In this document: positions 32,184 to 42,546 of the stretch, one piece after another | How the letters are laid out: each line of letters begins with the position of its first letter | How positions within the stretch are numbered: the first letter of the stretch is position 1 | Assembly (NCBI GenBank): GCA_965222615.1 | Contig: CBDCUI010000009.1 | Span: forward strand, 992,001 to 1,056,000 | Origin: Gammaproteobacteria bacterium | Lineage (GTDB): Bacteria > Pseudomonadota > Gammaproteobacteria > UBA4575 | Length of the DNA: 64,000 nt | Reading direction: 5' to 3' | Made by a program: the position numbers and the translations under genes | Notes under the pieces: generated by a model | Databases searched by the model: none | What the model was told of the DNA's origin: nothing | What the model saw: only the letters and a program-made list of their open reading frames with translations

Positions 32184-33173
32184 TTATGCACGCTTGGCTA
32201 ATACCAGTGAAAAATACTCATTTTCCGGTTGAAAGTGCTTTTCTTCAACGAGTTCACTATCCGCTAATAAACCTTGAATCGATGATTTAGTATATTTGCG
32301 ACTGATTTCAGTGAGAATTTTTTCATCCTTTTTTAATCGAATAGTTTCATTTAAACGAGGGAAGCTTACTTTTTGATCCTGTTTGGAAACTAAATACATT
32401 TCTATTTGCTGAGCTTGATCATTATAAATTGCTTGATGAGCAAATTGATCTAGATCGAAATTAGCATCTAATGAACTGTTCAACACCTGTAAAACATTGC
32501 AGTTAAATTTAGCAGTAATCCTTTCACTATCATCATAAGCTCTTTCCAAAATATTTTTATTTTTGACACGATCCATGCCCAACAACAAATAATCATTCGC
32601 TTGCATTTTATTTGCAACTGTACTGAGCAATTCAATCGCTTCTACATTAGTAAAATTACCGATTGAACTTCCAATAAATGTATATAAGCAAGGTCCACTT
32701 ATATGCGGCAAAGCATTAACAGCCGGTATATATTCCCCAACTATAGACAACATCTGCAGAGAGAGATGCTGTTGCAATAAACGATCAGCAGTTGCCACTA
32801 AAACTTCTTTGCAAACATCAATCGTAATATACTCAGGGCTGTCACAAGCAACGCATAATTTGGATAACAGTAATTCCGTCTTAGTAGATGCGCCTGCCCC
32901 CAACTCTATACAAGTTGTTGGCTTAGTAAGTTCAATAATTTCTTCTGCATGTTTTTTAAGTAGTGCATATTCAGTACGCGTGAGATAGTAGTCATCCGTA
33001 TCACAAATCGCTTCAAATAAGCGTGAGCCTTCTTCATCGTAAAAATATTTAGGTGGCAAACTACGCGGCGAAGATAGCAAACCAACTCGAACATCATTCT
33101 CTAATGTGTTGAATACGGCTTGATCGGACAGCTCTTGTAGTGAAAATCGAGCGGTAGACAAGGGTAAATTCAT
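32184..33173 (-). CDS. egtD: L-histidine N-alpha-methyltransferase EgtD
   Basis: PKYFYDEEGSRLFE, YYLTRTE, GSSIGN, TEISRKY. Confidence 0.92.
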   Translation of the reverse strand: MNLPLSTARFSLQELSDQAVFNTLENDVRVGLLSSPRSLPPKYFYDEEGSRLFEAICDTDDYYLTRTEYALLKKHAEEIIELTKPTTCIELGAGASTKTELLLSKLCVACDSPEYITIDVCKEVLVATADRLLQQHLSLQMLSIVGEYIPAVNALPHISGPCLYTFIGSSIGNFTNVEAIELLSTVANKMQANDYLLLGMDRVKNKNILERAYDDSERITAKFNCNVLQVLNSSLDANFDLDQFAHQAIYNDQAQQIEMYLVSKQDQKVSFPRLNETIRLKKDEKILTEISRKYTKSSIQGLLADSELVEEKHFQPENEYFSLVLAKRA

Positions 33174-33349
33174 TGAATATGCCTTTAATTTCAGGGTAGC
33201 ATTGAGGTAAGCTAGTGTCTAATCCAAAGCCACTAAGCTGTAAATACAGTAAAACAAGAATCGGTTTTTAAATCGACATAAAAAAATAAGAACAAACTCA
33301 ACTCTATTCTCTTAAATAGAATCCCGAATACATTCCGGGGGAAAAGCCA

Positions 33350-34702
33350 ATGGAAGATTTAACTTCAATATTAAATACTCTAAGCAAATTTATTTGGGGA
33401 TCAGACGAAGAACAGTTCCCCATTATGTTGGCACTACTTCTTGGTGTGGGTGTATATCTAAGTCTTGGGTTAAAACTGATGCCATGGCGAAAAATTAGTC
33501 ATGGATTTAAATTGTTATTCTCTGGACAAGCGGAAAAAGTTCAGGGAGACATCAGCCCGTTTCAAGCATTAATGACGGCGTTATCAGCAACGATCGGTAC
33601 CGGAAATATAGCCGGAGTTGCTACAGCAATCTTTCTTGGCGGGCCTGGTGCCGTGTTCTGGATGTGGATCACCGCGTTATTTGGCATGGCGACTAAATAT
33701 GGAGAGGCGGTGTTGGCGGTTAAATACCGTGAGGTTGACTCACGTGGCAAACGCCAAGGTGGACCGATGTATTACATCAAAAACGGCTTAGGTGATAATT
33801 GGAAATGGCTCGGCTTCTTGTTTGCGTTGTTTGGAACAGTTGCGGCATTTGGTATTGGCAATATGGTGCAATCAAATTCGGTAGCCGACGCGCTACGTTC
33901 AAATTTCAATATTAGTCCAACTTTAACTGGGATTGTTCTAGCCATACTGGTTGGTTTGGTGATTCTAGGCGGAATTAAACGCATCGGCGAAGTAGCAGGA
34001 AAACTCGTTCCTCTAATGGCGGTCGCTTACATTTTAGGCTCATTAATTGTGATCTTTGCAAACTTTGCAAACGTCGGTGAAGTCTTCAAGTTAATTTTTT
34101 CAAGCGCATTTAATGGAACTGCGGCTACTGGCGGTTTTGCTGGCGCTGCAGTTTGGGCGGCAATACGCTTTGGTGTGGCACGTGGAGTGTTTTCCAATGA
34201 AGCCGGTTTAGGTAGTGCACCGATCGCACATGCGGCGGCTCAAACTGATGATCCGGTGCGTCAGGGCATGATTGGCATGCTAGGTACTTTCATCGACACG
34301 ATTATTATCTGTACCATGACAGCACTGGTAATTATATTAACCGGCGCATGGACTAGTGGCGAAACCGGCGCCTCATTGTCTACCCTTGCTTATGGCCAAG
34401 GAATCACTGGTGGGAACTACATTGTCACGTTAGGTTTAGTCGTTTTTGCATTTACCACGATGTTGGGTTGGAGTTACTATGGAGAACGTTGTGCTGAATT
34501 TATTTTTGGTGTTGGAGTCATTATTCCGTATAGAATTCTTTGGGTAATTGCAATTTTATCTGGCGCATTATTTAAACTTGATTTTGTTTGGCTATTAGCC
34601 GATGTAATGAATGGCTTTATGGCAGTACCTAACTTAATTGCTTTAGCTTTACTAAGTCCTGTAATTTTTAAAATTACTAAAGAATATCTAAATAAAAATT
34701 AA
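33350..34702 (+). CDS. Alanine/glycine:cation symporter (AGCS family)
   Basis: GTGNIAGVA, GGPGAVFWMW, FSNEAGLGS, WSYYGE. Confidence 0.95.
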   Translation: MEDLTSILNTLSKFIWGSDEEQFPIMLALLLGVGVYLSLGLKLMPWRKISHGFKLLFSGQAEKVQGDISPFQALMTALSATIGTGNIAGVATAIFLGGPGAVFWMWITALFGMATKYGEAVLAVKYREVDSRGKRQGGPMYYIKNGLGDNWKWLGFLFALFGTVAAFGIGNMVQSNSVADALRSNFNISPTLTGIVLAILVGLVILGGIKRIGEVAGKLVPLMAVAYILGSLIVIFANFANVGEVFKLIFSSAFNGTAATGGFAGAAVWAAIRFGVARGVFSNEAGLGSAPIAHAAAQTDDPVRQGMIGMLGTFIDTIIICTMTALVIILTGAWTSGETGASLSTLAYGQGITGGNYIVTLGLVVFAFTTMLGWSYYGERCAEFIFGVGVIIPYRILWVIAILSGALFKLDFVWLLADVMNGFMAVPNLIALALLSPVIFKITKEYLNKN

Positions 34703-34726
34703 ATATTGCGTGAGTAACGTCAAGGA

Positions 34727-35575
34727 ATGAATACACCCCAACACAGCGAGGAAGCGCTGCATATCATAAAGCGAGCAGTGAATAATGCTCTTGAAGAAGA
34801 TATCGGTAGTGGAGACGTAACCGCCGCACTTTTTAATGTAAAGCAAATACATGATGCAAAATTAATATGCCGCGAGGAAGCCGTCCTATGTGGTCAACAA
34901 TGGTTCATAGAATGCTTTCACCAACTTGACCCAAGCATAGAAATCAATTGGAACATACATGATGGTAATGTCATTGAAAAAGATTCGACGGTTTGCAGCT
35001 TGCGTGGGCCTGTGCAAGCAATTCTCACTGGTGAACGTACGGCAATAAATTTTCTACAAACATTATCTGCCACTGCGACACTCACGCGCATCTATGTGGA
35101 CACCATCACCGGCACCAGTGCGCAACTACTCGATACCAGGAAAACCATTCCGGGAATGCGTTATGCGCAAAAATATGCTGTGAAATGTGGTGGTGGCATG
35201 AATCACCGCATGGGTTTATTTGATGCAATATTGATTAAGGAGAATCATATAGCTGCGGCTGGCTCGATTAGCAAGGCAGTTACGCTTGCAAAACAAAAAC
35301 ACCCTCATCTCAAGTTAGAGGTTGAAGTAGAAAACATTCAACAACTTGAAGAAGCTGTCAATACGCCTGCAGATACTATTCTGTTAGATAACTTTTCTCT
35401 ATCAGAACTGGAGAAAGCCGTAAATATTAATGAACATAAAAAAAAGCTAGAAGCTTCAGGAAATATATCATTAGAAAATATTCGCGAAATTGCTAAAACT
35501 GGAATTGATTTTATCTCTATTGGCTCAATAACCAAACATATACAAGCTGTCGATTTTTCAATGCGCTTTGAATAA
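34727..35575 (+). CDS. nadC: Nicotinate-nucleotide diphosphorylase
   Basis: DTRKT.PG, NHRMGL.D, EVEVE, LLDNF, EASGN. Confidence 0.97.
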   Translation: MNTPQHSEEALHIIKRAVNNALEEDIGSGDVTAALFNVKQIHDAKLICREEAVLCGQQWFIECFHQLDPSIEINWNIHDGNVIEKDSTVCSLRGPVQAILTGERTAINFLQTLSATATLTRIYVDTITGTSAQLLDTRKTIPGMRYAQKYAVKCGGGMNHRMGLFDAILIKENHIAAAGSISKAVTLAKQKHPHLKLEVEVENIQQLEEAVNTPADTILLDNFSLSELEKAVNINEHKKKLEASGNISLENIREIAKTGIDFISIGSITKHIQAVDFSMRFE

Positions 35576-35669
35576 AAACTAAATTTTTTAAACTATATTA
35601 GCTTGAATTTAATCTAACAGACAGAATCAGATTAAATCGAAACTAGTCATTGCCAATAAAGTGAAGTCA

Positions 35670-35925
35670 TTCCGTGAGCGCAGGGAAGCGCGAATAAGCG
35701 TTCCATCAGGGACGATGCAACCGATTAGTGTTAGGTGATATTAAAAAAATATCAAACTGCATAACTTAACGTTTATTAAATATTGGCATAAACACTTTAC
35801 CTTTTTTCAGCATATGGATGTGTGTGAGAAAGTTCGCATCAAGGTTGTTGCTTTCCTTAAAGCTCTTGCGCTTCTCAGCGTGATGTAATGCGCATAGAGG
35901 ATGTGCGGATGAGGATATATAGCCT
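35670..35925 (+). ncRNA. Candidate CsrA/RsmA-binding sRNA (boundaries uncertain)
   Basis: Several GGA motifs in hairpin loops on the + strand in a 426-bp gap between convergent genes. Confidence 0.45.
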
Positions 35926-36001
35926 TGATTCTTGGCCTGCTTAGGTTCGTGTCTTTCTGTGTCTGGTTGTTTGAATCTAAACTTTTACAGTTTAATTTAT
36001 A

Positions 36002-36781
36002 TTAAGTGAATTTTTGTTTGGCTTCATTCCAGGCAATTTCCATTTCTTCCAATGTGCAATTGTTAAGCTCTTTACCTTGATCAGCTAAACTGGATTCGAT
36101 GTATTGAAACCTTTGTGTAAACTTTTTATTGCATTTTCTTAATGCATCTTCTGCATTTATTTTTAGATGTCGACTAAGATTTACTACTGAAAAAAGCACA
36201 TCCCCTAATTCTTCCTCTAGTTTTTTTTGTTGGTTTGATGTAGACATCACAGTTTCCAGTTCGTTTAATTCTTCTTTGACCTTTTCAAGCACCTGTTTTA
36301 CTTCTTGCCAATCAAATCCCACTGTTGCCACACGTTTTTGAATTTTTTTTGCACGCAATAATTGTGGCATCGCCATAGGAATATCATCTAATACACTTTG
36401 CGACGCCATTTTTGATTTTTTGTTGCGTTCCGATTGTTTAATTTCCTCCCAACTTTCATGTTTAGGTTCAATTGAATCATCAAATACATGTGGATGTCGT
36501 CGAACAAGTTTGTCACTAATAGATTTGGCAACATCGTCAAAAGCGAATAAGTCTTGCTCGCTTGCTATCTGGGCATAAAAGACGATCTGCAGTAACAAAT
36601 CGCCAAGCTCATCTTGTAATTGAGAAAAATCACGGCGATCGATGGCTTCGGCCACTTCATAGACCTCTTCTATGGTATAAGGCAAAATCGATGCAAAGGT
36701 CTGCTGTCGGTCCCAAGGACAACCCTGTTCTGGATCACGTAAACGCTGCATAAGGTTCAGTAAACGATATAAATTATCCAT
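36002..36781 (-). CDS. mazG: Nucleoside triphosphate pyrophosphohydrolase MazG
   Basis: GCPWD, EEVYEV, ELGDLL, RRHPHVF, GFDW. Confidence 0.96.
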   Translation of the reverse strand: MDNLYRLLNLMQRLRDPEQGCPWDRQQTFASILPYTIEEVYEVAEAIDRRDFSQLQDELGDLLLQIVFYAQIASEQDLFAFDDVAKSISDKLVRRHPHVFDDSIEPKHESWEEIKQSERNKKSKMASQSVLDDIPMAMPQLLRAKKIQKRVATVGFDWQEVKQVLEKVKEELNELETVMSTSNQQKKLEEELGDVLFSVVNLSRHLKINAEDALRKCNKKFTQRFQYIESSLADQGKELNNCTLEEMEIAWNEAKQKFT

Positions 36782-37096
36782 GATCTTACCTATCTACGGC
36801 TCAAGGGGCATATTGCATTAATTAAAAATTATCTTTTCAAAACAAGGACATACCTTAACACTGGTTTAGATTTTCAGAATAAAACGCCATTAACTAGTTT
36901 ATTATCGCCTTGATTTATAAGGGCTGCAGTAATCCACAGAACATCAAAATCAAGCTTTCAAATCTAAACAAAATCCCTCTTTACCGAGCAATGTTCCTTA
37001 TTTTTCAGTACGTTCCAGCAACTTTTCAAACCACTTTTTTTGTATAGTAATGCGAAATTTGTCATACTATTATCATGACTTTCTTATGATATTTAA

Positions 37097-37282
37097 ATGA
37101 CACCAGCCAATAAAAAAAAGCCCCAAGATTCAGCATTGTTGCAAATCCGAATTTCTCGCGACTTGCGCGATGAATTTATGCGTCAAGTTAAGTCCGAAGA
37201 TGACAGTGCGTCTCGTTTAGTACGCCAGTGGATTCGCGGATACTTAAAGTCCAGTTCGCAGGGAGATCTTTTTAATACGTGA
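37097..37282 (+). CDS. Small ribbon-helix-helix (CopG/Arc-like) protein
   Basis: Alternating strand LQIRIS, helix, S-A-S-R-L-V-R second helix; stop overlaps next start (GTGA). Confidence 0.7.
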   Translation: MTPANKKKPQDSALLQIRISRDLRDEFMRQVKSEDDSASRLVRQWIRGYLKSSSQGDLFNT

Positions 37283-39861
37283 TTCGTACAATCGATAAAA
37301 AAATCAATAGACTACGCTCCCAACATGATGAAGGCGAGTCTAGGGATTCCAGTAATATGGCTATCAAGGTGTCTTTAGTTAATGTCGGTAAAGATTTGTG
37401 GACCTATCTTTGTCGACATACCCCACCCCCACTGGCAATTTCAAACTTAGCCAATGAAAGACAACTTACAGATATGCTCAGCGATGGACATATCGATAGT
37501 AAAGTTATTGTACTTGGGCATCATATGAAAGAACCCTTAAGGGTCGCCGGATGGATTCAAGAACACGACCCGGCTATAAAAATTTTCTTATTGCGCAAGC
37601 CTGCAGACTTTGACTCCTTGGGACAAATAATTAATGAAATGCCAGAATTGGCACACGATGTTGAGCTTTGGTCTACAGCTGACATCAAAGCTCTTCCCTC
37701 CGCACTTAAAAGCGCTGTAGATGTATTTTATCAGTCGAATGAAAATGTTGTCGAACTGGATAGCTCGCAATTCACTAATCAAAATTCTACTGAACCATTA
37801 CAAGAGTCAACGTTAGATAATAAACTCGATTCTATACTGGCAAAAGCAAGTATAGGGTTACTTTGCATAGATGAAGAAGACACCATACTCGAACTAAATT
37901 CACCTGCAGCATTGATGCTAGATCTAGATGAACATGATTCTTTAGGCACACCTTTATCATTAATCTTTGAACAAGCTGAATTAATAAAACTTCATCATAT
38001 TATTAACACTTGTCATGAAGAAGATCCTGAAATCTCTCCTGAAATTAAATTTATAAGTGCAGACGAAAAGCTAAAATTCTTCCGTGTATCTGCGTTTACA
38101 GAAACAAAAGAAAATAATGAAGTCATTAATTTAGTGTTACAAGACATAACAGAAAGCGCCATCGCAGAAAATAAGTTAAAACAAGAAAAACAGCGCAATC
38201 GTATTACTCTTAAATTGCTCAAAGATGGTGTAATTACTACCGATAACAACTGCAATATTCAAACTATGAACCCTGTTGCCGAAGGGTTAACTGGATGGCC
38301 TGGTTATGAAGCCAAAGGTAATAATCTTGACAATGTGTTTAAACTTATCGATGCTAATACAAGAGAACGTAAAACAAATTTAGGTGTTGAATGCCTTGCT
38401 TCTGGTAAGCCTATTGAAACTAACACAAACCTTGTGTTAGTAGATCGCTTTAACAATGAGCACCCCATTGAACTATCACTCGCGCCCAGCAGTTCATTAA
38501 ATATTGAATCTGGTGGCTTGGTATTAATTTTCAAAGATGCCACAGAAACTAAACGCCTTACACAAGAAATCACTCATCAAGCTTCTCATGATGCATTAAC
38601 TGGCTTGTTAAATAGACAAGAATTTGAGTACCGATTAGAAAAGGCAATTGCGAGTGCAGCTGCGCATGATGTACAACATGTATTGTGCTATTTAGATCTC
38701 AATCAATTTAAGATCATCAATGCACAAGCAGGCCACACAGCTGGTGACACAATCCTCAAACAAGCTGCAGAAAAAATGAAACATCATATGCGCAGCATAG
38801 ACATATTGGCACGTTTAGGTGGAGACGAGTTTAGTTTGCTACTAGTCAACACAACCATAGATCACTCACGAGTCGTAGCTCAAGAACTTATCGATACGAT
38901 TCGTAACTCAACTTTTAAGTGGAGAGATCAGCACTTTGAAATTGGTTTGAGTATTGGCTTAATCTCTATAGATAAACATTCACAAGACCCCGCTCAGATG
39001 TTAACGCGTGCTGAACTCGCCTGTTTTACTGCCAAAGACCACGGCCGCAATAAGATGCATATTTACAGGAAGGAAGATGACGAACTTACCCGACGTCACA
39101 CCGAAATGATGCGTGCCGCTGGTGTCACTGGCGCATTACAAGAAGATCGGTTTCGAATTTATTGTCAACCAATTGTGGCATTGTCGCCAAAAAATAATGA
39201 ATCGCTACACTATGAGTTGTTAATTCGTTTAACCGATCCAAAAGGCGATTTGATCATGCCCGCAAGCTTTATTCCTGCTGCAGAGCGTTACGGTTTAATG
39301 TCTAGTCTTGATCGTTGGGTAATTCGAACTGCCTTTCATAGTTACAACGATATATTTGGTGAAGATTCGGGCGTGCAAATTGCTATTAATTTATCTGGCA
39401 ATTCATTAAATGATGACTCGCTACTTGATTTTATTAAAGGCGAAATTGACGAAACCAAGATCGATCCTGGAACCGTCTGTTTCGAAATTACAGAAACAGC
39501 AGCAATTAGTAACCTTGACCAAGTAAGTCAACTTATTTTAGAACTAAAGAGAATCGGTTGTCGGTTTGCTCTAGATGATTTTGGTAGTGGATTATCTTCT
39601 TTTGCTTATTTAAAAAATCTTCCAGTCGATTATCTGAAAATCGATGGCAGCTTCGTACACGACATGATTGATGACACCATTGACCATGCCATGGTAGAAG
39701 CCATTAACCAAGTTGGCCACATCATGGGGATAGGAACAATCGCGGAATGCGCAGAAAGTGAGGAAGTCGTAGAAATGTTAAGAGAACTTGGAGTTGATTA
39801 TGCACAAGGTTTTGCTATGGGTTGTCCTGTGCCTATTGAAGGCTTGAAGCAACTGCATTAG
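37279..39861 (+). CDS. PAS-PAS-GGDEF-EAL c-di-GMP signalling protein
   Basis: HDALTGL.NR, RxxD plus GGDEF, YELLIR, EITE, LDDFGSG, KIDGSF. Confidence 0.93.
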   Translation: MIRTIDKKINRLRSQHDEGESRDSSNMAIKVSLVNVGKDLWTYLCRHTPPPLAISNLANERQLTDMLSDGHIDSKVIVLGHHMKEPLRVAGWIQEHDPAIKIFLLRKPADFDSLGQIINEMPELAHDVELWSTADIKALPSALKSAVDVFYQSNENVVELDSSQFTNQNSTEPLQESTLDNKLDSILAKASIGLLCIDEEDTILELNSPAALMLDLDEHDSLGTPLSLIFEQAELIKLHHIINTCHEEDPEISPEIKFISADEKLKFFRVSAFTETKENNEVINLVLQDITESAIAENKLKQEKQRNRITLKLLKDGVITTDNNCNIQTMNPVAEGLTGWPGYEAKGNNLDNVFKLIDANTRERKTNLGVECLASGKPIETNTNLVLVDRFNNEHPIELSLAPSSSLNIESGGLVLIFKDATETKRLTQEITHQASHDALTGLLNRQEFEYRLEKAIASAAAHDVQHVLCYLDLNQFKIINAQAGHTAGDTILKQAAEKMKHHMRSIDILARLGGDEFSLLLVNTTIDHSRVVAQELIDTIRNSTFKWRDQHFEIGLSIGLISIDKHSQDPAQMLTRAELACFTAKDHGRNKMHIYRKEDDELTRRHTEMMRAAGVTGALQEDRFRIYCQPIVALSPKNNESLHYELLIRLTDPKGDLIMPASFIPAAERYGLMSSLDRWVIRTAFHSYNDIFGEDSGVQIAINLSGNSLNDDSLLDFIKGEIDETKIDPGTVCFEITETAAISNLDQVSQLILELKRIGCRFALDDFGSGLSSFAYLKNLPVDYLKIDGSFVHDMIDDTIDHAMVEAINQVGHIMGIGTIAECAESEEVVEMLRELGVDYAQGFAMGCPVPIEGLKQLH

Positions 39862-39871
39862 AGAAACACTT

Positions 39872-40990
39872 ATGTCTACTTTACCTAGTGTTAAGGACGT
39901 TGTCTCAACCGATGTTGATTCATTGCGTAGCAAGCTGGAATCGCTTGTGCATGACGCACGCCGCAATGAAAAAACCTTACGCAAGTTTCAAACATTGGAG
40001 CTAAGATTATTAAGTTGTAGTTCACTGGCTGAATTAATGCAATTGATTACACACAAAAGCAAGTCAACATTTGGCTGGGATATCCTCACTATTGTCCTTT
40101 TCGACGAACATCAGGATATAAATCGATTACTGCAAGACACTGGTGACGATGCTAGCCGATATCCTGAATTAATTTTTACACGCGATATACTACTTTTAAA
40201 AAAGCTTTTTGGGCGTTTTAAAAAACCGTTACTTGGTACTTTTGATAATGACAAACATGCAAATTTATTTTTAAGTGAAAAAAAATATCCGCGTAGTATT
40301 GCTCTATTACCTCTATACCGTAATAACAAGTTATTAGGCAGCCTCAACTTAGGAAGCTTTCAATATCAGCGCTTTAATAAACATGATGCCACAGACTTTC
40401 TCGAGCACCTTGCTGCAGTTCTAGCAACCTGCCTAGATACAACCATAGCACAAGAAAAACTTAAACAAGCTGGATTAACGGATGCGCTAACAGGAGTTAA
40501 TAATCGAAGATTTTTTGATCAACGCCTAACAGAAGAAATCTCACGGGCACAAAGATTACAAACATCTGTGAGTTGTTTATTTATCGATATAGACCACTTT
40601 AAAGAAGTTAATGACAGCTTTGGACATGAAACCGGCGACTTAGTATTAAAGAAAGTAGCGGAATTAATTCGAGCACAATTACGCAATATCGATGTCGTCG
40701 CACGTTATGGTGGCGAAGAATTTGCAGTCTTATTAGAGCAGTCTGGACAAGACTGGGCAACTGAAGTTGCACAACGTATCCAACAAAGTGTATGCGATAC
40801 AACCTTTATTGAAGATAGCACTAAGCAATGCCCGCTAACTGTTTCAATTGGTGTTTCAACCATAGAACGTCCAAATAAAAAACAAAATTCTTTCGATCTT
40901 GGCAGAGAACTATTACGCAAAGCGGACAAAGCCTTATATAAAGCCAAACAAGATGGACGTAATAAAGTAAGACTCGATAGTAATTTATAA
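39872..40990 (+). CDS. DUF484/GAF-like sensor diguanylate cyclase
   Basis: TDALTGVNNRR, DIDHFK, RxxD plus GGEEF. Confidence 0.92.
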   Translation: MSTLPSVKDVVSTDVDSLRSKLESLVHDARRNEKTLRKFQTLELRLLSCSSLAELMQLITHKSKSTFGWDILTIVLFDEHQDINRLLQDTGDDASRYPELIFTRDILLLKKLFGRFKKPLLGTFDNDKHANLFLSEKKYPRSIALLPLYRNNKLLGSLNLGSFQYQRFNKHDATDFLEHLAAVLATCLDTTIAQEKLKQAGLTDALTGVNNRRFFDQRLTEEISRAQRLQTSVSCLFIDIDHFKEVNDSFGHETGDLVLKKVAELIRAQLRNIDVVARYGGEEFAVLLEQSGQDWATEVAQRIQQSVCDTTFIEDSTKQCPLTVSIGVSTIERPNKKQNSFDLGRELLRKADKALYKAKQDGRNKVRLDSNL

Positions 40991-40996
40991 CCTGTT

Positions 40997-41311
40997 TTAA
41001 TATTCACCAAGCGGTCTTTTAAAGGTAAATTCAGCCGGCTCAATTACTAATTTTTGTCTCGCTTGTCGCTCATTACCGCCAAGCAGACTAAATGGCAAAG
41101 AAACCACATACACTGCAGATCCTACTACAGTAGTCACCACACCCACCGGTCTTGCTATTAAAGCATCTGCAACCATTGCTTCACCTGAACCGGGTTCTAA
41201 CCAATAACCATAGTGACTATATCGAATGTGAGTCGAGTGTTCTGCTTGAATCGCTAGTGGAAATAAAGCACTAATTATCACTATTAAAATAGATTTACGT
41301 AGTTTTTGCAT
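40997..41311 (-). CDS. Conserved small exported/membrane protein
   Basis: Signal peptide; DALIARP.G...SLPF..LGG...TFKRPLG; AGGAG RBS before ATG 41311. Confidence 0.75.
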   Translation of the reverse strand: MQKLRKSILIVIISALFPLAIQAEHSTHIRYSHYGYWLEPGSGEAMVADALIARPVGVVTTVVGSAVYVVSLPFSLLGGNERQARQKLVIEPAEFTFKRPLGEY

Positions 41312-41551
41312 ACCTACTCCTTGATCACCAAAGATGTAACCAATTTCATAAATAACCAACCTACATTATAGCGAATCTACACTTGTATAACTCATGAGTT
41401 ATTAGTTCCTTACAATATATAATTTTTTAATAACAACAATTGTAAGCCTGTTAAATGCTAAATATGACTCTGATAATGCTAGGGTTAATTGTTTCATGCA
41501 TGAAACCTATGCGAAGATCTTGTCTATATAAAACGAAAATAATATGTATTT

Positions 41552-41573
41552 AAATGTGATATGTAGCACATTT
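41552..41573. promoter_or_regulatory. CRP/Vfr-like binding site
   Basis: AAATGTGATATGTAGCACATTT versus consensus AAATGTGA-N6-TCACATTT. Confidence 0.65.
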
Positions 41574-41609
41574 ACATTCTAAATTTTATCCAATTGGCGC
41601 CGTTACGTT

Positions 41610-41740
41610 TAACAGATAAAGGCAAACCCATTGAAAAATGGGGACGCAAAGTCACCGGTCTAAGGACTCCACGCGAATGAACGCAGTTATCAGTGTGATT
41701 GTGAACGTAAGATTCTAAGATAGCGGAACCGCCGATTAAC
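41610..41740 (+). ncRNA. c-di-GMP-I (GEMM) riboswitch with enlarged P3
   Basis: GGCAAACCCATT-GAAA-AATGGGGACGCAAAGTCACCGGTCTAAG ... GATAGCGG. Confidence 0.88.
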
Positions 41741-41802
41741 TATAGGGGATAAACCTTTAGTGGATTCACGTTCCAGTGCGCTTTGCAACATGGATACGTG
41801 AT

Positions 41803-42339
41803 ATGAAAGTTACAAAAAATAAGTTCTTATGTATAAGTACTAAAATTATATACTTAATTTTGTTGTGTGCTTATGCAACCAATATTTGCTACGCAGCCTC
41901 TCAAGGCAAATTAAGTATTCAATCCTCAGCATCCATTGAAATATCTGTACATGTCAATCAGTCTCTTACAGCAATCGGCCCAGAAGAATTATTGTTAAAT
42001 CAAAATAAATCCCCTTTATGTGTCATGCATAATGGATATAAAAAAGATGCCAGTGTTCCTTATGAATTAAAAGTTGATGAGATAAAAGTAGTGGATGGAG
42101 TAAATTTTCCATTGAATATCTTTTTAGAAGACAAACACTCACTTAACTCTAAACAACTATTAATGTCAGGAAGCTCTTTCTTAAGGCAGTCTAATCTCAG
42201 TACTAGTAATCAACACGAACACGATTGCCGATCAAGCGGACTACAACTATCATTAGAAGCCGCTACACACTATAAAAACACTTTTGACAATTCCTTCAAT
42301 ACTGCAGGTTCATTGATATTACTAGTAAGCCCTAATTGA
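41803..42339 (+). CDS. Secreted protein, possibly fimbrial/pilin-subunit-like
   Basis: Signal peptide; SQGKLS..SSASIEISV N-terminus; C-terminal beta strand LILLVSPN. Confidence 0.55.
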   Translation: MKVTKNKFLCISTKIIYLILLCAYATNICYAASQGKLSIQSSASIEISVHVNQSLTAIGPEELLLNQNKSPLCVMHNGYKKDASVPYELKVDEIKVVDGVNFPLNIFLEDKHSLNSKQLLMSGSSFLRQSNLSTSNQHEHDCRSSGLQLSLEAATHYKNTFDNSFNTAGSLILLVSPN

Positions 42340-42546
42340 AATTATTCTGTTTCCATGTAGTAGATGATTAATAATATCGCATATCTCCTAAGAGATATAA
42401 TTGATACAAACCTTTGATATTTTTATCGATCTGTACTTATATCTTTAACCTCCCTATGTATAATCGAGATCTTCTTTTTATGCTCGGCTATAACAACAAT
42501 TATTAGGTCGAGCGGCATAACTTTCATTTAAAACAAGGAATTACTG

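Noticed and set aside
35720-35740. Integron attC site (GTTAGGT)
   Set aside because: Only a core-like heptamer; no matching inverse core or cassette array seen, and no intI.
37097-37282. Type II antitoxin of a toxin-antitoxin pair
   Set aside because: No small toxin ORF is adjacent; the coupled gene is a GGDEF/EAL protein.
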